DNA of 64,000 nucleotides from Octopus vulgaris. Lineage: Eukaryota. A model generated the notes under the pieces. The model made no database searches, was not told where the DNA came from, and saw nothing but the letters and a program-made list of their open reading frames with translations. Location: contig OX597822.1 of assembly GCA_951406725.2 (NCBI GenBank), positions 112,964,001-113,028,000 on the forward strand, given 5' to 3'. Each line of letters begins with the position of its first letter. Position 1 is the stretch's first letter. Of the stretch, positions 55,790 to 64,000 are shown in pieces. Made by a program: the position numbers and the translations under genes.

Positions 55790-56160
55790 TAACTATAGAC
55801 GAAGAATACCAAGTTAAAACACAGCCGTCCAGATATTGTTGTGTAGGATCATAATGAGAAGATATGTTCTGTTGCGGCACTTAGCTGCCCTCGAGACACT
55901 AATGTGGTTCGGAAGCTACAAGAGTCAGAGGTCATTTATGAAGCATTAATAAGGAGTTTGCAAATCCAGTACCCGAGATACACTTTCAGTTCCATACCTG
56001 TTATTGTTGGAGCAACAGAATACATACCAATCGGTCTGGAGGAAAATATGGCCGAACTTGGTAATAATGGAGAGGGAATTCAAGTCTGTAATTCATACTG
56101 TACAAATGATCACGGTATCATGGACAATAAAAATCTGCAAGACATTCTTAAGATTTAAAG
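55790..56160 (+). mobile_element. Second RLE-type non-LTR C-terminal fragment
   Basis: KHSRPDIVV, LSCPRDTNV, SIPVIVGAT, KICKTFLRF. Confidence 0.7.
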
Positions 56161-56193
56161 GATGATGAACAAAATAAGATGCTTTCTTATATA

Positions 56194-56482
56194 TATTGTA
56201 TGATACAAATAAAATGATATTTTTTCGAACGCAGAGTTGCCATTACAACAGCAGAAATATTGAGTAAATTAGCCTTACAAGGCGGAGAAATTTGTCAACC
56301 ATTAGCCATGGGACGCGAACCCATATCCTTTAAAGACTCCACCTAAGTGCTTAACAATTGAGGTAAGCCACTAATTGATGAAAACATTTTCCGCCTCGTA
56401 AAGGTGATTTACCCAGCATTTCTGGTGTTCCAACGTCAACTCTGCGTTCGAAAAAATATCACCTTATTTGCATCGTACAATA
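56194..56482. mobile_element. Fold-back element with ~110-bp imperfect arms around a tRNA-like spacer
   Basis: Arms 56194-56305 / 56371-56482; the minus-strand spacer has a T-arm ATGGG-TTCGCGT-CCCAT; a single arm also occurs at 18255-18345. Confidence 0.7.
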
Positions 56483-56578
56483 CACATTTTGACGCTTTCA
56501 ATATAAAAAAAATAGGTTGTTTACATTTATGCATGCATACATGCATAGATACATATATATATGTGCGTGTGTGTGTGC

Positions 56579-56663
<85 letters not shown>

Positions 56664-56956
56664 GTGTGTGTCCTATTTTTAGCTTTATTGTTTTTTGTAT
56701 TTTATATTCGTGTGAAATCATCGTCCGTTTTTCTGTCCCTGTTTCGTATACATTCGATCCTTCTTCCAAGAAATCTAATGCTCGTAGCTTAGTTTTTCCT
56801 TGGGGCTGGCCGGATCGGACCGATCTGAAGATTAATCAGTCGAAATTGCGAGGATGATCCGGTTCTTGACTGAAGATTGAAGGCTTCGAATGTCCCGTCC
56901 GTGTTTTTGTATCGTCTTCTAAATGTTTTACGTTCTTGTCCCACCTTGTATTTTTC

Positions 56957-57029
<73 letters not shown>

Positions 57030-57102
57030 GTATGTATGTATATATATATATATATATATTCATATATATGTATATATATATATTCATATATATATATATA
57101 TA

Positions 57103-57228
57103 GTTGAAGTTTATAGAAAAACAAAAGACAGATGTATGAACAACAAGCAGGTGTATTAGTTTGATGCTTGGGAAAGTGAAAAAGTCTTTTACGTTTCGAG
57201 CCTACGCTCTTCAACAGAAAGGAATATG
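57103..57228 (-). mobile_element. Family H1 hammerhead element, 5'-truncated (motif at 57186-57221)
   Basis: CTTT-CTGTTGA-A-GAGC-GTAG-GCTC-GAAA-CG-TA-AAAG. Confidence 0.75.
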
Positions 57229-57288
57229 TACACATACATACATATATATATACAGATATATATATATACATATATTTATATATATATC

Positions 57289-57402
<114 letters not shown>

Positions 57403-57664
57403 TTATGTACATGTACATATACATACATACATACATAAATACATACATGCACACAGGCACACACACACACACACATGTATGTATGTATGCATGTATGTCG
57501 AAAGGTAATATTTATCCGCAGTTAAACGTCGATGTTCTGTCAGAACAAAATTTACTAAGATAGATACCATGAGAGAAATTCTCATGCTGGCTTTTGGTGC
57601 AAAAAGCACGCTTGAGTATGCATATGCATACATACATGCATACATTCATACATACACGCGTACG

Positions 57665-57721
<57 letters not shown>

Positions 57722-58174
57722 ATATGTATGTACATATATGTGTGTGTGTGCATGTATATGTATGCACACATATTTATGTGTATATATATGTATATGTGTA
57801 TATGTATTTATATGAGTATGTGTGTGTGTGTGTATCCGTGTGTGTATGTGTGTGCATGCATATATGTATATATATGTATATTGACATATTATGGTTGAGG
57901 AAAAATGTCTCTAAGAAGTGCTTTTGTTTCTCATACAGTATATAAGTATGTAAATATTTCAGACATGTTATATGTTGAAGTGAAAAACTTTGATTAGCAG
58001 AGATTTTGCATGCAAATAGCAGATAAAAACTCCCGAAGTTTCTGTTTAAAGATTGTAAACCACAAAATACACGGATAATTCCAACAATATCATTCAACTC
58101 AATTTGTGAGAGTATGTACGTATGTATGAATGTATCTGTATATATGTGTGTATGTGCACGTATACGTGTGTATG

Positions 58175-58460
<286 letters not shown>

Positions 58461-59128
58461 TAGAGTATTACGAGTCAAAAAGGTCATTATTATTGATGAT
58501 TATAAGAAGTTAATAATAATAATAATAAGGTAACAGACTGAAACTAACCAATTGGTTTTTGCGTTAGCTATTCATCGTTTGAATAACACTGGTTATATAT
58601 ATATATATGCATATAACATATTTTCATACACTTTATTCCTGCGCATATTTTGTATGAATATATATAAAGAGGTAGGTTTTGGTATGCAGAGCAGAATGAA
58701 AACAGGTATAAGTGGGAGTTCTAGTTCTACTTAAAGGAGTATTTGATATGTTATATCTCATGAACCCATCCTTTATGTTCGTACTATTGCAGTCTTTATC
58801 CCGCATGGAACTCATTTCAGATGTAAAATCAACAGTTTCTTACGCGAGCACAAAAACTGCTCATCTGTAAATGATGCGCCAAGTTGGTGACACGCTGACT
58901 CCAACATATGGAGAGAATGAATTCACCATTATGGGACAAGATAGGATAATAGCTATTGGACGATTTGAAACGGGAACGTAGACTGGAAAAATGAAAAGCG
59001 TTACTTCATTAACAGGTAATAAAAGTAGCTGATTTACAGAAAGGTAGGACTACAGTATTAAACACCTTGCATGATATGAAAGTAAGTGGGAAGTATCGGG
59101 AGTAAGAAAGAGAATGAGAATGAGAGAA

Positions 59129-59161
<33 letters not shown>

Positions 59162-59342
59162 CGGACAGAAAGAAAGAATGAAAATGAGATAGATGAGTCC
59201 TATACTTGTAAGAAATAATTCAGAGTTCTAGACATGACAGCCAATATGTTGCATAAAAAACCCAATGAGTTCTACAAAATACTTTTCGTCCCAAGACACG
59301 TCTGTGTCACTAAATCATATTCTGATGATTAAGTTACGGCAC

Positions 59343-59375
<33 letters not shown>

Positions 59376-60508
59376 TGATAGAAGTGTTGCCGACGTAGGC
59401 CAATAGCAAGCTCTTTCGAGTTTGTTTGATCGTACAAATATACATACATATATACATACATACATACATACATACATACATACATACATACATACATACA
59501 TACATACATACATACATAATACATACATACATACATACATATATACACGCAAGGTCATAGGCACACACATAAATATACATAAAGTTTTTTTTAAATAAAT
59601 GTTTGATGCAGTCACAAGATTTGAAGATTCTCTTAAATTAAAAATCATTAATAACACGTGTGTGTGTGTGTGTATGCATGTATGTATGTATGTATGTATG
59701 TATGCATGTATGTATGTATGTATGTCTGCATGTATGTATGTATGTATGTCTGCATGTATGTATGTATGTATGTATGTATGTATGTATGTCTGCATGTATG
59801 TATGTATGTATATATATATATATGTATGTATGTATATATATATATATGTATGTATGTATGTATGCATGTATGTCTGCATGTATGTATGTATGTATGTATG
59901 TATGTATGTATGTATGTATGTATGTATGTATGTATGTATGTATGTATGTATGTATGTATGTATGTATGTATGTATGTATGTATGTATGTTTTTGTGTATC
60001 TATATGCACGTACTTACAGATACATGCCTCGTTATGCATGAAAACAGAAATACTTTTCTATTTTCTTATAAAATCTAATATTTGTTGTTTTATCAATATA
60101 ATGACAAAAACTAATATCATAAATATCTTTTAGAGGACTATGCAATATTTATCCGTGTATCTTAAATATTACTGATATTGTTAAAGAGTGTACAATGATG
60201 TAATGTTCTAAGTACAGAAATGGTAGAGCTAATGTTTGTAGATTGCAGGCATCTTACATTGATATATAATACAGTATACGCTTTATGTTAGTTTGTTATT
60301 CATGTAAGTTTGAAAGAGTATATATATTTACGCTTGAGAGAGTGTATGTATTTAATAGTGGTATATATTAGTGTTTGTATTTCACGTTGCTACAGTGTAT
60401 ATATTTGATGTTGCTGCAATACATATATCTAATATTCAGATTGGTCCATATTTTAAAGAAAATTTACAATAAAGTAGCCAGAGTAGATAAGCAAAAGAGT
60501 ATACGTAC

Positions 60509-62504
60509 CACTTGTGTTCCATACAGCTTTCATCTTGCTGCCAGTTCCCTGTCGGAGCGAGTTTTCAACATATTCAAGGGGATCGGCCCCTGACATAAGA
60601 ATTTCCCTGAGCAGGGCAATATAAGCAATAGCCAAACGTAAAGTGTCAATCTTGGAAAGCCGTTTCTCGTACGGGAATGTCGGAACATGACAACGGAGTT
60701 CTTCAAAGGCAGAGTTGATACTCAACATTCTTTTCCTCTCTCTGATGTTAGCTGCATGCCTCTGTATTTGATATGGGTTCGGGGTGAGGCAACGGCGCTT
60801 TCTAGAGCTCGTCTCTTCACAACTAACGCCGCCCCCTATCTCAGACATGGATGCACAGCCCACTCCGCTAAGTCCTATTCCTCCTACTCTTACTCCTCGT
60901 CCTTCTGCTCCAGAGCTTACACTTACCCCTTCTGATTGACAATAAACACCCCCTGCACACATATGTGTACGGCTGTTGCTGCAGCTTTGCAGAAGAGAAG
61001 AATGGAAGTGACCACTTTGGGTTGCATTCACTACTGCCTGTTCCTCTCTCTCACAATCTAGTTTGAGATGTGATTGGTGGTTAGGGTGAAGATGGAAGGA
61101 TGAAGAAAGATTAGACGATGTAACAGATGGCGTTAGCGGTGATTCTTGGTTGCAGTGCTCGCTAGATGAACAATGAGGAAGATAGTAATGGTATTGGTGA
61201 GTTGAATCCTGGTTGCTGCTTTCGTTTGAGATTGTTTGGTTACTGTACGAGTTCACTTGCTCTTTTGTTCCTTCTTCGAAGTTAGTAGTTGGGTACATAT
61301 AATCATTTGTAGGCAGTTCCTCTTTCGCCACTTCTATATTAGAAGGACATGGGCTAACCCTGTTTTGCGATAACTCTAGATTACAGTAAGAATTCGACAG
61401 AAAGAAATTACCTCCTTCCACTTCCTCGTCTTTCTTCTTTTTCTTCTTCTTCGCTTCTGTATTTGAATTCTTACTTTTATCAACTGCCTTTACGAGGTAT
61501 TTTTGCTTTGAAGGTTGCAGTCTACACTCTGGCGATTCTAACAGCAAACTGGCGTAATCCGAAATAATACTGGCTGTTAAAATATTTTCTACAGTATCAG
61601 TGCTTTTTGTATCCTGACTGAGTTCACTGTCCAAATATTGAGAGTGCCATGGAGAAAGTTCGTTTTCTTGTTCTTGGTGCAGATCTTGATGTTGATTTAA
61701 TTTTTTAGGATAATTAAGATTATCACTTTCGTTATTGCAGACCTCACTATGGTAAGCCGTATGGTTGCAATTGTCAGTTCTGTCTGTTTTCTCTTGCTGC
61801 AATGGTTGTTGTTGTTGTTGTTGCTGTTTTTGATTATGCTGCAATTGTTGGTGGAGGTGTTGATGCTGTTGTTGGTGTCGTTGCCGTCGCAGGCCGTTTA
61901 CATTATGGTAAGAACAATGTGAAAGATCCTGATGAACACATTCAGGGCCGTTGTCTTGTTGCTGGTACCTCTGGGGTTGATTTAGCTCCACATGCAAATA
62001 CACTGATGCCGCCAATTTCTCGCTCTCATCATGTTGGTGTGGATGCAGGTGGAGGCTTTGCTGTTCTGTTTTCTGCTGACACTCTCTATCCACTTCGTCT
62101 CCGTCTGCACGCGGGTTCTGTCGCTGGTCGCAGACATAGTTGCGTGATATAAAGAAATAAGGCTTTCGACTAGTTCGCTGCTGTCGCTGCAGCCGTCTGC
62201 ACCACTGCCGCCGTTGTGATGGGCGGGGGTCGCTGCTGTAACTGCAGCCATCATTGTCAACAGTATCTCTACCAGTATCTATGCAAAGAATTTCCGTCAT
62301 TTCATCGTCCATCCCTACATTCCCGCTACTGCTGCTACTCGCTTCTTCTTCGGGTAACTGAATATCGGAGGAGAATTTTCTTGCATCATATTCGAACTCT
62401 GATCCATAAACATCTACTATAGAGTTACTTTCCTGCCAAAGTTCACGGTTAAATTGAAATGTAGTGAAAAGAGCACCCAAAGGTGGCATGACAGTCGATG
62501 TCAT
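60509..62504 (-). CDS. Fer2: Fer2/PTF1-family bHLH transcription factor, coding exon 1 (665 codons + 1 nt)
   Basis: The ORF contains [56 protein letters not shown] (bHLH, ~60764-60595), followed by DPLEYVE...WNTS as in Fer2-type proteins. A phase-1 splice donor follows WNTS: AGT G|GTACGT at 60509/60508. The N-terminal ~580 aa are low complexity (Q, H, S, K runs), so the true start codon is less certain. Confidence 0.9.
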
Positions 62505-63039
62505 TGCTTTACTGACTTTTTCTTAATGTAGGTACATTTTGGTATCAAGTTAACGATCAGCTGATAAAGGAACTTTTAATAGGCAGCCTTTTACAGATGT
62601 TTCCTGTGGAGAATTTACTAAAAGGAGAATTACTGTGAAGAATTTACTAAAAATTCTGCGGCGAAGGTTGTTGAAATTAGTCACTGAACTAATGTGAAAA
62701 CAAAAAACATTACTTTGAAGTTTGTTAGGAATAAATTGTTTTCTGCTAGAATAATGCTTTTCCTCAAGGTTTTAAATTTTAATAAATACGAAATTAAAAA
62801 TTTATCAAGGGTAGAAAATGGCATTAGATAAAGATCTATGGATAAAAAAAAATTTAATCTGATTGCTAAAAAAGAATTAAGAAGTTATGCGAGAAGAGAC
62901 TGACACTGTCAGCTGTATGATCGACTTCAATAAATTTTGTGAACCACTAATCCGTTGATATTTATAGAGAAATCTCGGTGCTGCGGCTGCGTTCATTTGT
63001 TCTCCGACCTCTTTCTTTCTTTTCTTACTCATCTTCATC

Positions 63040-63129
63040 TTCTTCTTCTTCTTCTTCTTCTTCTTCTTCTTCTTCTTCTTCTTCTTCTTCTTCTTCTTCT
63101 TCTTCTTCTTCTTCTTCTTCTTCTTCTTC
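63040..63129. repeat. (TTC)n/(GAA)n trinucleotide tract upstream of the Fer2 ATG
   Basis: About 30 direct TTC units. Confidence 0.95.
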
Positions 63130-63239
63130 ATATTTTACGTCTGTGGTTCTAGATATTTCGGATTTCCTATTTCACACCGGGTGTCTAGTATTCGACCGCT
63201 GTGTCCCTTCCGAAAAAGAATTTTTTCCTCCCAAAGAAA

Positions 63240-63420
63240 CGGAAGAGTAAATAATGTGAAGGACATCCACGTGACTGAACGACCCTGGAGCTGTTGGGAT
63301 ACGCTCGGGAGTAGGGTCACACGTGTCGCTAGCCACGTGGGCGGGTTTCGTTCTCCCCCTCTCATTATCCACCTCCCTGCCTCTGCTTCCTTCGATAGCC
63401 GTATAACGTCGCAATCAGCA
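63240..63420 (-). promoter_or_regulatory. Candidate Fer2 promoter/proximal enhancer: GC/CpG-richer patch with clustered E-boxes
   Basis: CACGTG at 63268-63273, 63320-63325 and 63334-63339, plus GGGCGG at 63339-63344, about 0.8 kb upstream of the ATG and bounded by microsatellites. Confidence 0.4.
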
Positions 63421-63604
63421 GCATTGATTGTTCTCTAATATAGAATCACAGACAGAATCATGATATAGTCACCGAAAAACACATACACAGATGAACCGAT
63501 AAGCAAATAGACAAACAAACAGGCACGTGTGTGTGTATGTGTGTGTGTGTGTGTATGTGTGTGTGTGTGTATACACACACACACACACATATATATATAT
63601 ACAT

Positions 63605-63641
<37 letters not shown>

Positions 63642-63724
63642 TATATATATATATATATATTTGTATATATACACACACATATATATATAGTACATATATA
63701 TATATATATATATAAATATATACA

Positions 63725-63770
<46 letters not shown>

Positions 63771-63922
63771 TATAAAAATATTTAAAATATATATATATAT
63801 GAAAGAAAATAATAAAATGTATGTATATGATATATATATACATATATATATATATATACATATATACATACATAGATACATACGTACATATATATATATG
63901 TAAAAAAATGTAGTACTTATGA

Positions 63923-63984
<62 letters not shown>

Positions 63985-64000
63985 TATATATCTATGTGTG

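Noticed and set aside
56815-56900. CTGAAGATTAATCAGTCGAAA as a hammerhead
   Set aside because: The core and stem II overlap (2 nt short) and there is no UH or stem I; the block is probably a repeat, but the ribozyme is unsupported.
60453-60508. C-terminal [18 protein letters not shown] of the 683-aa ORF
   Set aside because: Intron read-through past the GT donor.
62877-63131. Poly-Lys ORF upstream of Fer2
   Set aside because: Translation of the (GAA)n tract; it could at most be a uORF if the tract lies in the 5' UTR, which cannot be shown here.

Overview
Eukaryotic, AT-rich genomic DNA dense in microsatellites. The repeat families suggest an octopus genome, but that is an inference. There is one host protein-coding gene, on the minus strand: a PTF1-family bHLH transcription factor of the Fer2 (48-related-2) type. 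It has a large first coding exon (62504-60509), a 30,826-bp phase-1 GT-AG intron, and a 95-bp terminal coding exon (29682-29588) that the ORF track does not show in the correct frame; the predicted protein is 696 aa. The rest is mostly decayed mobile DNA: Penelope-like (RT + GIY-YIG) elements, CR1/Jockey, RTE, L1/Tx1-like and RLE-type LINE fragments, an internally deleted Mag-type Gypsy element with both LTRs, PBS, PPT and a 5-bp TSD, mariner/Tc1 and hAT remnants, non-autonomous Helitrons, MITEs and at least four tRNA-derived SINE families. The most interesting unannotated signal is about 15 minimal type-I hammerhead-ribozyme-like motifs. They are carried by several short (200-600 bp) element families that usually end on (TA)n and often have fold-back inverted 5' ends. 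Three motifs have an intact canonical core (49919-49996 +, 16244-16278 +, and 47384-47491 -, which is sense within the Fer2 intron). Two families share non-canonical cores (CUGUWGA, CCGAYGA). All RNA structures were folded by eye and none were tested for activity. Nearly all YIYI/CVCV-type ORFs in the track are microsatellite artefacts.
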